In this document: positions 1 through 11,887 of the stretch, one piece after another
How positions within the stretch are numbered: position 1 is the stretch's first letter
Layout of the letters: the number at the start of each line of letters is the position of its first letter
Origin: Octopus vulgaris
Taxonomy: Eukaryota
Direction: 5' to 3'
NCBI GenBank assembly: GCA_951406725.2
Contig: OX597815.1
Span: 72,044,001 to 72,108,000, forward strand
DNA: 64,000 bases
Notes under the pieces: model-generated
Database searches by the model: none
Told to the model about the DNA's origin: nothing
What the model saw: the letters and a program-made list of their open reading frames with translations, nothing else
Translations under genes and position numbers: made by a program

Positions 1-740
1 TTTGTTTGGCGATTTCATCACTAATCATTGTGTCAACGATGATCTCCAAGGCTGGTAAAATTGCTTTCAGCATCAGAATATGGTTTTTTCTTCTTTACCA
101 AAAGCTGGGCAGTCTTGTAACTAGTGATTTGAGCTTTCTTGTGAATTGAATGAAATTTCTTCAGCCTTTTTGATTGAATTTTAAAATAATTTTTTAGTAT
201 TTCAAAGTATTCTTTTGGTTTGTCCTTATGTTGCGGATGATTTGTTATTAAATGACTTTGAAGTTTCCTGGGAACCATCGCTTCATCTGAGAGTGTTGTT
301 AAACAAATGATACCGAGTTATCTTTCTCTGGTAATATAAAACCATATTGGATGTGATTTTCTTTATATTTTTGGTTTGATGAGGTGCACTTTTTATTCTG
401 GTGTTCATCTTCTTTGCTATGACTCTCTTTCTCATTTTTCTGAGGTCTCGAAAAATTTGTCTATGTTTAAATCTAAAACTAAAAATCAATTAAAATTTAC
501 ATAAAATAATTTATGTAAATTATAAATAAATCAAAAATTAAAAACTACTAGGACTACTAAACAATTTACTTCCAGATAATCCCAGTTTAAATGCAAAAAT
601 GTAATATATTGTAGCAAAACTATATTTTACAATTTATACAATTAATTTATATTTATGCTTAAATTTTGTGAATGTTCTTGGATTGTTGTTTCCCTAAAAT
701 CCCAAAAATATTTTTGCGGCACACAGTTTGGCAGACACTG
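1..740 (-). mobile_element. hAT (Buster/Charlie-like) DNA transposon, 5' end with degenerate transposase N-terminus; continues beyond window start
   Basis: Minus ORF 33-278 (MVPRKLQSHLITNHPQHKDKPKEYF...SYKTAQLLVKKKKP) resembles the BED-finger-adjacent region of Buster/ZBED-type transposases; terminus CAGTGTCTGCCAAACTGTGTGCCGC on minus ends at 740; flank CTTTAAAA fits the nnnTAnnn target preference. Confidence 0.7.
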
Positions 741-1277
741 CTTTAAAACATATATATTCTACAAACAGAAAACATTTTATTGAAAAACGAATTGGACAGA
801 AACATATAAAAAGGCTCTTACTTAAAATTGACAAGTCTAATTTCAGTATTATTCTTTGGAGTGCTGCTAGTCTTTTTTTTTTTTATGTGGTACATAGTTT
901 TCACTTTCTGTTTGTAAAATATAAACACCATATCCTGTTTTGTCTTCAACTTTCAAAACTTCCATACTCATCAACTGATTCTAAATTGTCTTTTAAAATA
1001 CATTTGATTGAATTTTCCTTCATCCTTGCCAGAATATTCTAATTCCTGTGGTACTTCTGCAGTTGTGAACATCATATGTCTTGCTCTTTCCTCTCCAGAT
1101 GTGTCTGGTTACAGTCAGCTTCACTTCCTAGTACAAAAAAATTTTTAATTAAATTAAATAATTCTAAAGAATATTTTATCTTCGAGCCAACATTTGTAAA
1201 CAAACTAATACTGTAGTGACAACAAATATTTATTCTGCCTGGCTGATTTATTCTTAATTTGACCAGGTTTTAATGTG

Positions 1278-1440
1278 GGCACAGCATGGCTGTGGGGTTA
1301 AGAACCTTCCTTCATAACCATATGGTCTCAAGTTCAGTCTCACTGTGGAATTTTGGGAAAATGTCTTCTACTATAGCTCTGGACTAAGTAAAGCCCTGTT
1401 AGTGGATTTGGATGATAGAAACTGAAAGAAGCCTGTTGTA
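1278..1440 (+). mobile_element. tRNA-derived SINE, family A (many further copies, e.g. 2555-2715 -, 14330-14480 +, 19500-19890 -, 39330-39640 -)
   Basis: Head tggctgtgNggttaagaa...gttcagtc(c)cactg plus conserved gtggatttgg(t)agaNNgaaactgaaagaagcc ending in a TA/TG microsatellite; recurs across the window. Confidence 0.75.
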
Positions 1441-2055
1441 TGTTTGTGTGTAATTTTGTCTTGACATCACACGATAGTTGTAAATGAGCATCACCACCAT
1501 ACAAATGAGGTTGTTTGTTTCTTGTCTTCCATGAAAATTATGTCTGGTTATGGGGAAGTGTTACCTTTCTTGGAAACAGATGAGGGTTGGCAACACAAAA
1601 GGGCATCTGGGTATAAAAAATCTGCCTCAGCAGATTCCAGCTGACCCATGCAAGCATGAAAAATGGATGTATTTAACAGAATAGTCTGAATACTAAAGGG
1701 TTAAATGATGATGATGATTCTATCTAATTTCCATTAACCATTTAGCATTTAAACCTGCTATATCTGACCCAAATATTCTATGTGTTTTACATTCAAACTG
1801 GCCATATCCAGCCTCTCACACCTCAAAGCTATCAGATAATAATTAATTCAAAACAATTTGAATAAAAAGGCATTACATTTATTAGAGTAATCTGAATGCT
1901 GATGCGTTAAATTGGTAATTCTAGAAAGTGTCAAGTCTGAAATTCTCAGTGTGGTAGGAGTAACAGCTTGACAGGGTTTATATATTTTTCTTTAATATGT
2001 GACATCGACATTTTTTTCACACTGATACATTGATATATTTTGTATATTTTTACAG

Positions 2056-2126
2056 GAGAATATGTTCTCATTTCAATCTGAGAAAGAAACATTTGCTCTG
2101 AAACCAATGAACTGCCCTGGCCATTG
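2056..2126 (+). CDS. TARS1: Threonyl-tRNA synthetase, cytoplasmic; internal exon (first in window)
   Basis: tacag|GAG...TG|gtaag; encodes [24 protein letters not shown], with the ThrRS zinc-binding KPMNCPGH motif. Confidence 0.95.
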
Positions 2127-2898
2127 GTAAGTTATTCTTCTTTAAACCGTGACATGGTCATTATCTAATGAAATACATGCAGAATGGAATCCTTGAAAAG
2201 AGGTGACAAATTGATTTAGTGATTTTTATGAGTAATATTGTTGTTGTGAAGACCTACCTTTGCATGCAAGCTTGACAAGGGAGTTGTTAACAAAGTGGGA
2301 TAGTACATACACATACATTCTATTTCTTTTGCATAGTAGTACATACAACCACTGCCTATTTGCTGTCATTATCATCCACTTCTCCATGCTTGCATGGATC
2401 AGATGGAATTTATTGAGGCAGATTTTCTACGACTGGATGCCCTTCCTGCCACCAACCTTCACCTGTTTCCCCATGGCCACACATATTTTAGCAGAATATT
2501 GGATATTACTGACATTCATTTACAACAATCACTTGATGTCAAAGAGATACATATATACAACAGGCTTCTTTTAGTTTCCATCTGCCAGATCCATCTACAA
2601 GGCTTTGGTCAGCTTGGGGCTATAAGAGAAGACACTTGCTCAGGGTACCACACAGTGGAACTGAACTTTGAAAACCATCTGGTTGGGGAGCAAACTTCTC
2701 AATCACACAGCCACTGTAAACTTAAAAGCTTTGGGTTCAATTTCTTTGTCTAAAAGCCTTCAAGGAGTGCCCTAGTGTGAGTGCAGTCCAGTGACTTAAA
2801 CATTTAAAAGAATAAAAGAAAAAAATAGAAAAAAAATTACTTTTAATAGTAGTTTCTGTAACTTTACAAAGCTAATATATCTGTTTATATTTTTGCAG

Positions 2899-3061
2899 TT
2901 TGATGTTTGATCATCGACCAAGGTCATGGAAAGAACTACCACTCAGGCTTGCCGATTTTGGTGTCCTTCATCGAAATGAACTGTCTGGAGCTTTGAGTGG
3001 CCTGACGAGAGTCAGAAGGTTTCAACAAGATGATGCCCATATATTTTGCCGACAGGATCAG
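2899..3061 (+). CDS. TARS1: Threonyl-tRNA synthetase exon
   Basis: tgcag|...|gtatgg; [54 protein letters not shown] (class II motif 2); phase continuous. Confidence 0.97.
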
Positions 3062-3553
3062 GTATGGATCTAAAACCAATAGGATAAGTTGACTTCAAAG
3101 GATGGATGTGGGATATGTAAACGTTTCTTGTCAAGGTGCAAGTATGGTTGTATGTTGTAGTTAACTTCGCAACCAAATGGTTTTGGTTTCACTCGCACTG
3201 CATGTTATCCTGGACGAGTGTTTTCAACTATACCCCTAGATCAGCCAGTATCTTGCAAGTGAATTTAGATGAAACTGTGTAGAAACCCATCATATGTGTA
3301 CGAGTGTGTTTTAATCTTTGTTTCTCCCCCACCAATACTACAATAGGGTTGGTTTGTCAGAATAAATGCCAAGTTTAAAATATGTTTATTAGACTAAACT
3401 CTTCAAGTCAGTACCCCAGCATCCAGAGCCTGAAATTAATAAAAGAGTCAATAAGAGAACACATACTAATGTAAATAGTTCCTTGCCATATATTGAAACC
3501 CTGGATAGCCCATTACCAACGAAGTTATGTACTCTCTCTGATGTGTAGTGATT

Positions 3554-3770
3554 AAGGCAGTGAGCTGGCAGAACCATTAGCATGCTGGGTGAAATGCGTA
3601 GCAGCATTTCGTTGGTCTTCATGTTCTGAGTTCAAATTCCGCCAGGGTTGACTTTATTTTCATCCTTTTAGGGTTGATAAAATAAGTACCAGTTGAGCAT
3701 TGGGGTCGATGTAATCGACTACTCCCAGCCCTTAAACTTCAGGCCTTGTGCCTATTGTAGAAAGGATTAT
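3554..3770 (+). mobile_element. tRNA-derived SINE, family B (many further copies, e.g. 16740-16900 -, 36855-37040 +, 41975-42200 +, 59524-59730 +)
   Basis: aaggcagtgagctggcagaa A-box-like head, gttctgagttcaaattcc B-box-like motif, body gactttgcctttcatcctttcggggtcgataaaataagtacc. Confidence 0.75.
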
Positions 3771-3820
3771 ATGTTATAGTAAACAACTTAATGACTTAAT
3801 ATATTGTTACTTTTTTCTAG

Positions 3821-3958
3821 ATAAAAGAAGAAATCACTGGTTGTTTAGACTTCTTGAAGAATATTTATGGTATATTTGGGTTTACTTTTAACCTAAAACT
3901 ATCCACCCGACCTGAGAAGTATATGGGAGAGCTGGAGATGTGGAATGAAGCTGAGAAG
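3821..3958 (+). CDS. TARS1: Threonyl-tRNA synthetase exon
   Basis: ttctag|...|gtaaga; [46 protein letters not shown]. Confidence 0.95.
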
Positions 3959-4138
3959 GTAAGAAGCCACATTTTAGGATTTTGTTTTGCTTAGAAAATA
4001 ATTAGTTTAACTTTGGAGTGATGTAGATTAGTTTGTTTTTATTCTTGCCATTATTATTACATTTATGTGTTTGTATTGCAAGATTGCAGAAAGACAAAAT
4101 GGAATAAGCAGAACTAAAGGAGATATGTGGGATAGAGA

Positions 4139-4181
4139 GTCACTGATGAGGTCACAGGATGTATGATGAAAGCGCTTTGAC
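4139..4181 (+). ncRNA. Degenerate type I hammerhead ribozyme remnant in TARS intron
   Basis: GTCA-CTGATGA-G-GTCACAGGATGTATGAT-GAAA-GCGC-TT-TGAC: stem I GTCA/TGAC and palindromic AGCGCT stem III present; stem II eroded. Confidence 0.45.
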
Positions 4182-4988
4182 AAAGAAACTAAAATAATAC
4201 TAATAATAAAGCTGAAGTAAAGACCAAATATATAATGCATGTGTTTAATTGGCAAAATATAACTATTATTAGCTTTATAGAAAATAACGTCCATTGAATT
4301 TGAAAGCATATTCTCATTTGGTCTCGTCTTAGAAAATTTAAGTTAAGCATTCCAAAAAAATAGGTTATTGCATTTGAGGTTGACTATCGAGTTTATTTAG
4401 GTCAGAAAAAAAATGAATGTCTTGCCCCTTTAAGGCTTGAGGTAGCATTAAGGTAACGATGTTGGTTTGCTGACTCTGTCAGAGTGAAGGTCTTCTAAGT
4501 GTTGAAAGATCTCAAAATCACAAATGACCCCAGGACACATGATGGTGATGATGTGCGGACCAGGTATATCACAGGATGAAGTATGAAAAAAAAACTGCAT
4601 GTATATTGTTTACTTCATGTGAATTTAGAAACTCTGAGAGACAGGAAGTAAATCAGTTTTGTTATTTTTTTGACAGTGGAACTTGAAGTAGATAAATCTA
4701 TAAATAATAGCATTGTTGATATTGGGCTAAGAAAACCTTTTGGATGGAAAAAAAAAGTTAAAGGCTGCCTATGGGGCATGAACCCATACCTTCCATATAT
4801 ACATGTGCACATGCACACATACACAGTATATTAGATGATCTTTAATTTGAATGTTTAATATCCTTTATATACTGTTTTTTTATGTCAGTTTTTATGTCAG
4901 TTGCTGTTTAGTTGATGTTGTTTAATGCATCTATATATATATATATATATGTCTTGTAGTTTATTTTTCTTTCCTTTTCTCTTCTTAG

Positions 4989-5066
4989 CAATTAAGTGAA
5001 TGCCTTGATGATTTTGGCTGTAATTGGAAAATTGATCCTGGAGATGGTGCTTTTTATGGACCAAAA
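4989..5066 (+). CDS. TARS1: Threonyl-tRNA synthetase exon
   Basis: cttag|...|gtaagg; [26 protein letters not shown]. Confidence 0.95.
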
Positions 5067-5277
5067 GTAAGGAACCAATCATTTCAGATTTTTTTTTTGT
5101 GTTTGATAAACCATAAAATATCCATGTAACATATCCAAGTAACAACTCAATATTTTCTACTTCTGTTTGATATCACCTAGTTTACTAGCACAATGATATC
5201 AAAACTAATATCAATGTGGTAATTACTTGCTTATAAATCACTATAATGGGCTATTACCATTATATCCTACTTTGTAG

Positions 5278-5378
5278 ATTGACATCACAATCTTGGATGC
5301 GTTACAGCGGCCGCACCAATGTGCTACTATCCAGCTTGACTTTCAGTTACCTCTTCGATTCAATCTCTCTTATATCAG
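5278..5378 (+). CDS. TARS1: Threonyl-tRNA synthetase exon
   Basis: tgtag|...|gtaag; [33 protein letters not shown]. Confidence 0.95.
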
Positions 5379-6948
5379 GTAAGTTTCAATCTGTGCATTT
5401 GTTATCCAAATCTCTTCCATACTCCTTTAGCTGTTCCTTAACCATTTAGCATTCAGATTACTCTGTCAAATGCAATGCTTATTCATTCACATCGTTTTGA
5501 ATTAATCATGTATTACCTCATAGCTTCTTGATCTTGATGATGTGATTGTTTATTTTTAGAATGACATTGTAGGGTAGGTGTGAAAAGCCGAATCTAACCA
5601 GTTTGAACATAAAACAGACAGACTATTTGGGCCACATATGGACAATTCAAATGCTGATGGGTTAATTTAGGCGTTTGCAAAGTTTTTCTTATGGCATACC
5701 CTTTCATCGTTCCAACAATGTTAGTGTACTCCATGTGAAGAATACAGTATAAAATGGTTGGATACCATAGTACAAACAATAAACATATATTGTTAGTTAT
5801 TAATTTAATTTCATGTAAAGAGTTGAGGTGTCTTGTCTTGTGAAAAATGCATCCATTAAATTCTTTAAAATGGTTGGCATTAAGAAGGACATCCTGTCAT
5901 AGAAACCATGCCAAAGTAGACATTGGGGTTTGGTACAGCCCTCTGGTTGGTTGGATCCTGTTGAACTGGCCAGCATGGAAAACAAATGTTAAACAATGAT
6001 GTTGACGAGTTCAAATCCTGCCACTGTCAGTTTTGCCTTTCATCCTTCAGAGGTTAAAATAAAATACCAATCAAATGCTGGAGTCAATTTAATTGTTCCC
6101 TACCCCCAAAATTTCAAGCCTTGTGCCGTGGTCAGCTTTACCTTTCATCGGTGTGGAATTAATACAGTCAGTTGTTTCCTCCCCCAAAATGTAACATTTA
6201 ATTAAAAATTTCATTTAATTTAATGTTATCTTGGCTTTCTCTCTCTCCAAGTGACTCAGAGAGATATGACCACATATCATTCTCAATTGATACAAAATTT
6301 GTTTTTCGTTATAAACATTGTTGAATACTTCATTTTCTGAGATAAGTCAATGGGAACTGCAAAAATTTTCCCATGCATTTTCTAGACACACAAGTTGCAT
6401 TTTATTGGTCATGATTACTTCGGAATTACAGGGTTTTCACAAACCTCACATTCTCCAATATTTTCTCTCATATACCTCTAGAGGTACATGTACCCTAGTT
6501 TGAGAAACCCTGCCCTTTTTTTCATGTTTCAAAGTTAGTTTCATTATTTAAAGCACTTTAGAAACACTGCCTGTGGGGTTAAGGTACTGGACTACTGACC
6601 ATAACATCATGAGTTCAATCTTAACTTCAGCTCATAATGTCCCATATGGTTAAAAGAAGAGAGGGTTTCTGGTTATAAAAATTACCAATTCTAACAATTT
6701 GTAAATTTGGGCATTTTTAATTACCCACTCGTGAAAGGTTAATGGTTTTCTTTTCATGAACATAGTATTTTACCCTTTCATTATTAAGACACCCTTCAGT
6801 CATGAATGACCACGGGATTACACCTAGAAAGTTACCCACTGAGGCACAAGTCCTGGCAATTTTTTAATTCATATTGTGTGTTTGATATGGTCCAATTTTT
6901 AACAACAATCTACATCATGTCTTCTCATTTCTTCTGATCATCTTCTAG

Positions 6949-7053
6949 TGGAGAAGGTGGTGACAAGAAAACACCTGTGATTGTCCATCGTGCTATTCTT
7001 GGTTCTGTTGAGAGAATGATTGCTATCCTTTGTGAAAACTATGCCGGGAAATG
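6949..7053 (+). CDS. TARS1: Threonyl-tRNA synthetase exon
   Basis: tctag|...|gtaagc; [35 protein letters not shown] (motif 3). Confidence 0.96.
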
Positions 7054-8593
7054 GTAAGCAGCAAAAACATCTTTGAGTTTTTCTTTTCTATTTTTTTATC
7101 AATATTGAAATGTAAGTCTATTATGTATTTTATACATCAATGCTTTGCAATCGGCATACTGCAGTGTAGCCTGAATATAATTTTTTTCCCTATACTTTTA
7201 CTTTTTTTTAGTTCAAGCATTTTGTCAAATTTTGAAAAAAATATAAATGTACTTCAAGTGAAAAAGAGTTGTGGAACATTGTTCTATGTTATTCGATTCA
7301 TTTTATTGACACAAAATTAAAAGGATACAAATATCTGAGAGGTCTGTGATGCAACTTATCAAATTCAGTACAAACTTCGACTAGTCTTTCAAACAACTGT
7401 TTATGTCTCTTTATCAGACAAGACAGAAAGCAACTTGATTTTTTTCCCCTTTTTTACGTAGACAGACAAGAGAAATAGTTCTGAACACATAAAGGTCTGT
7501 CTCTTGCTCTCAACATATATCATATATTCATAGAAATATAGAATCTATTGTTTGTCTTTATTATTTCTCTATGATTTGAAAGAAAGTGTATGTGTGTGTG
7601 TATGTATATATATATATATAGTCAGAAACATTGCCAGATAAGACTGGAGCCTGGTGCAGCCTTCTGGCTTCCCAGATCCCCGGTCGAACCGTCCAACCCA
7701 TGCTAGCATGGAGAACGGACGTTAAACGATGATGATGATGATGAATTCAAATGAACAATCAATTAAAATAAAAACAAATAATGAAATTAACGGACAACGA
7801 GAAGATGTGTACAAGGAATGTATTAGCTTGATGCTATGTGAAAAGATAGAGTTTGATGTTTTGAGCATAGCTCTTCATCGGAAAGGAGAAAGGGAAAAGT
7901 CCAAAGAAGGAAAAGAAATCGCCAACAGCATGTGTGGTTATATAACAAGCACCTTTCAGGCATTGGGTCCCATGGAGGCAATGACAAATAACCGAGACTT
8001 CGTTAATATACCATGCTTGAGTAGAAGACCCATCAAGCTAAGTGGTATCCTAGTCATGGCAGATACCGGTGTCACGCAACTGGCACATAAAAGCACCGAT
8101 TACACTCTCAGAGTGGTTGGCATTAGGAAGAGCCAGTTGTAGAAATCATGCCAAATCAGACTGGAGTCTGGTACAGCCCCTCAGCTTACCAGCTCTGGTT
8201 AAACCGTCCAACCCATGCCAGCATGGACAATGGATGTTAAATGATGATGATGATACATAGAAAGAGAGAGCAAGAGAAAGATCAAATAGCACAAATGGAA
8301 TGCAGGGAATAAGAGACAGGCAGGTGGACAATGTGTAAGGTTGCAACAGATAGGCAAAAATTTGAAAATTGATGAACAAAATGTAAACATAGGGAAAAAA
8401 ATCAAAATATACAAATATTGTGCAAAGTGAATAACGGGCTGAAAAAAGTAAGAGAAGTAGACTCACGTTTTGGATGAACCCTTTACCAAAGTAGAATAAA
8501 AAACAAGAAAAGAAATGATGCTTGTTTGAAACACATACATCCTCTTGCTACAAGCTGCAGAGTATGTGTGTGTATATATCTATAGTCAAAGCA

Positions 8594-8944
8594 AATAAAT
8601 GAACATTAGAAATAAAGATAACAAGCAACAAGAAAACATGCACATGGAATGTATTAATTTGACACTTGGTAAAAACAGAGAGTTTTTGATATTTCAAGCA
8701 TAGCTCTTCATCGGAATGGAAAAGTCTAAAGAAGGGGGAAAAATCACCAACAGCACATGTGTAGTTATGTACTAGTGGTGATTGTTTTCCTTCTTTGGCT
8801 TTGGACTTTCCCATTTTCCTTTCCAATGAAGAGTTATGTTCAAAATGTCAAAAACTCTACCTTTTTACCAAGCATCAAACTAATACATTCCATGTGCATG
8901 CCCTCTTGTTGAGTTTTTTTAATTATTTTTAATGTTTGTTTATT
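8594..8944. repeat. Degenerate ~170-bp-arm inverted repeat carrying eroded minimal hammerhead motifs
   Basis: catgcacatggaatgtatta...tagctcttcatcggaa...aaaatcacc mirrored by ggtgattg...ttccaatgaagagttatgttcaaaatgtc...taatacattccatgtgcatg. Confidence 0.7.
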
Positions 8945-9322
8945 CAATTTTTTGCCACATGCTCACATGGACTGTCCATGTCCTTCTGACTGATTTGGAG
9001 TACCTGATTCATGGATTTTCTTACTCTACCCTTGGATTAAGTTACCTTTAAATTTCTTCGGAATACATCATTTTTGCACCTTTAATTATACATATAATGC
9101 ATACATATATATATAAGCATTGATGCTGGTGCCACATAAAAAGCACCCAGTACATTCTATGGAGTGGTTGGCATTTGGAAGAGCATCCAGCCATAGAAAC
9201 CCTGCCAAGACAGACAATGGGGCCTGGTGCGGGCCCCAGCCCTGCCAGCTCTGGTCGAACTGTTCAACCCATGCCAGCATGGAAGATAGACATTAAATGA
9301 TGTTGCATATCTAAAATTTGAA

Positions 9323-9353
<31 letters not shown>

Positions 9354-9635
9354 GCTAGAGGAATGACTATGTGGTTTAGAAGTTTACTCACAACCAAGTG
9401 CTATCAGATTCAGTTTCACTTCGTGGAACCTTGGGCAAGGATCTTCTATTATAGCCCTAGGCTAACCAATGCCTTGTGAGCAGGTTTGTTGGACGGAAAC
9501 TATGGAAGTCATTGTGTGTGTGTGTGTGTTATTATCTCAATTTTCTATCTTTTACTTGTTTAGTAGACAAGTTTATGTGAATTAAATATAACCAGACTAT
9601 ATCACTCTATAATTTCTCTATTTCTCTATCTCTAG

Positions 9636-9708
9636 GCCTTTCTGGCTTTCTCCACGCCAGTCCATTGTTGTTCCTGTTGCCCCACCGTTTGATGATTATG
9701 CTCAACTC
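9636..9708 (+). CDS. TARS1: Threonyl-tRNA synthetase exon
   Basis: tctag|...|gtaagt; [24 protein letters not shown] (start of anticodon-binding domain). Confidence 0.95.
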
Positions 9709-9937
9709 GTAAGTGTAGTTTGGTTTCATAATGTTTTTCTTTTCTATTAAAACAACCATAAGATGCTTCTGATTCTTCCTGTTGTATCATCATATGATCT
9801 TTATATACCTTATTGGGGTTGTATCAAATTGGCTGTGTGGTTAAGAGATTGCTTCTCAACTGTGTGTATATATATTATTTATTATTAAATTGAATGTGAC
9901 ACATCCATTTCCAAGTGTGTCTGTACACACACACACA

Positions 9938-10142
9938 TTTGTTTATTAAGGCTACCATTGGTTTCATGTTAAAATATCTTAACAATTTTTCAAGCTGATC
10001 ACACGGAGGAATGGTATTTGTCTCCATTTTGAATAAAATTGTGTTCTATCCAAATAGAGACGAAATGGTATCTACTCAAAAAATTGTTAAGACATAAAGA
10101 TAGTTTCTTAACATGAAACTAATGGTAATCTTAATATACAAA
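9938..10142. repeat. Imperfect inverted repeat / fold-back element between microsatellites
   Basis: tttgtttattaaggctaccattggtttcatgttaa vs ttaacatgaaactaatggtaatcttaatatacaaa; inner tcttaacaattttt vs aaaaattgttaaga. Confidence 0.6.
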
Positions 10143-10186
10143 TAAAGAAATTTAATCCACCGGTGTGGTGTTGAGCACTCATTCTC

Positions 10187-10223
<37 letters not shown>

Positions 10224-10463
10224 GAGTTATGAGGATTCTTAATCAAGGCTCATCAACCAGTAAATTACCAGAAATGGCTAGGTACGATGACATACAGAAG
10301 TGAATACAAATGGTGTTTAAAAGTTAACACAGGTGTATACCATTAAGTATACATTCTAGTAAAGAAAAAATATTGGATTCTGTGTCTATGAATGCAATCA
10401 TTATTGTGTATGTAAAATAGAGATATTTAATAGCTTTTACTCTTCTCTGTGAATCCCTTACAG

Positions 10464-10578
10464 GTGAGCAAACAAATTCATGATGCTGGATTTATATGTG
10501 ATGTAGATTTAGATCCTGGTACTACCATGAACAAGAAAATCCGCAATGCTCAGTTGGCTCAATATAATTTCATATTTG
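10464..10578 (+). CDS. TARS1: Threonyl-tRNA synthetase exon
   Basis: tacag|...|gtaagt; [38 protein letters not shown]. Confidence 0.95.
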
Positions 10579-11738
10579 GTAAGTGGACATTGTTGTTTGT
10601 TTTTTTTTGGTCTGGGTCACCCTCAAGCTGGCCAGCTCTTGTCAAACCATCCAACCCATGCTAGCATGGGAACAAACATTAAAAGATGATGATGATGTTT
10701 TTCTTTTAACGTGGCTAAGAAAATTTATGAAATTCATCAGCAGTACTGATGAGTTCATTGAAAGATTTCAGCCTTTCCAGTATTTCTCCGCATAGATTTC
10801 AGAACACGATTTTAATGGTAAAAATTGTCACTATACTTAGTCTCTTAATGTATACCTTGAGAGCTGTTAGAATGTCTTTCCTTATTTAGTGACTTCACTA
10901 GTGCTGGTGCCTTGATAAAAAAACAGCACCCAGTACATTCTGTAAAGTGGTTGGTATTAGGAAGGACACCAAGCTGTAGAAAATTTGCCAAAGTAGACAC
11001 AGCTGTCTGACTAATGCATCCTGTTGAACTGTTTGACTCTAATCCCAACATAGAATATGGACATTAAATGATAATGATGATATAATGTACCCTGTTTGAT
11101 TTAGCTCGTAATGTCAAACACTAAGCAACAAAATTCTAGAATATATCCTTTTATTCTAATATCTTCTTCATTTGAACTGCTGCTTCTCTGGAGCTCACTA
11201 CCATTGTCTTATTTGCCTCTGGTTTGTGATATTCAGTCTTTTCAGCTTTCTATCAATGGACATCATTTGAATTTGTGAGCCCTTTTCTTTTCCTTTGTAA
11301 TCCTTCAGAAAATTATAATAAAAGAAATATACAATTAATACACATAATCATCATCATCATCAGTTAACATCTGTTTTCCATGCTGGCATGGATTGGATGG
11401 TTTGACTGAAAACTGGTAAGCTGGGGAGCTGTACTGAGTTCCAATCTGATTTGCATGGGTTCTATGGCTGGACGCCCTTCCTAACTCCAACCACTCCAAG
11501 AGTGTAGTGGGTGCTTTTTATGTGCCACTGGCATGGGTGCCAGTTATGTAACACCGGCATCAGCCATAGCTACAATTTAACTTGGCTTGACAGGTCATTT
11601 AATTAATCCTTTATAATACATAGACAATTTGATTTCATTATCTGAAGGTGTATTAATCTTAATTATGGTAATGTAGTTTGGGGTTATTAATTATTCTTTA
11701 ATGATAAATAACTTTAATTTGTAATATATTCATTTCAG

Positions 11739-11887
11739 TTGTTGGTGAGAAAGAGGTGCAGAATCTAACTACTAATGTACGTACCCGAGATAACAAGGTC
11801 CATGGTGAACATAGCATTGTCAACATCATTGAACGTTTCAAGGATTTGAACCAGAGTAAAATACCTGATGCTGAAGAAAAATTCTAA
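11739..11887 (+). CDS. TARS1: Threonyl-tRNA synthetase, last coding exon
   Basis: ttcag|; [49 protein letters not shown], stop TAA at 11885-11887; AATAAA at 11892. Confidence 0.95.

Noticed and set aside
1099-1131. Acceptor-like ctctccag as a possible upstream TARS exon
   Set aside because: Following sequence does not encode the expected SGHW-containing peptide; the upstream exon is probably outside the window.
3554-3645. tRNA gene
   Set aside because: A/B-box-like motifs belong to SINE heads; no cloverleaf.
10729-10770. CTGATGAG...GAAA near TARS exon
   Set aside because: No credible stem II or stem I; only a short tcatcag/ctgatga hairpin.
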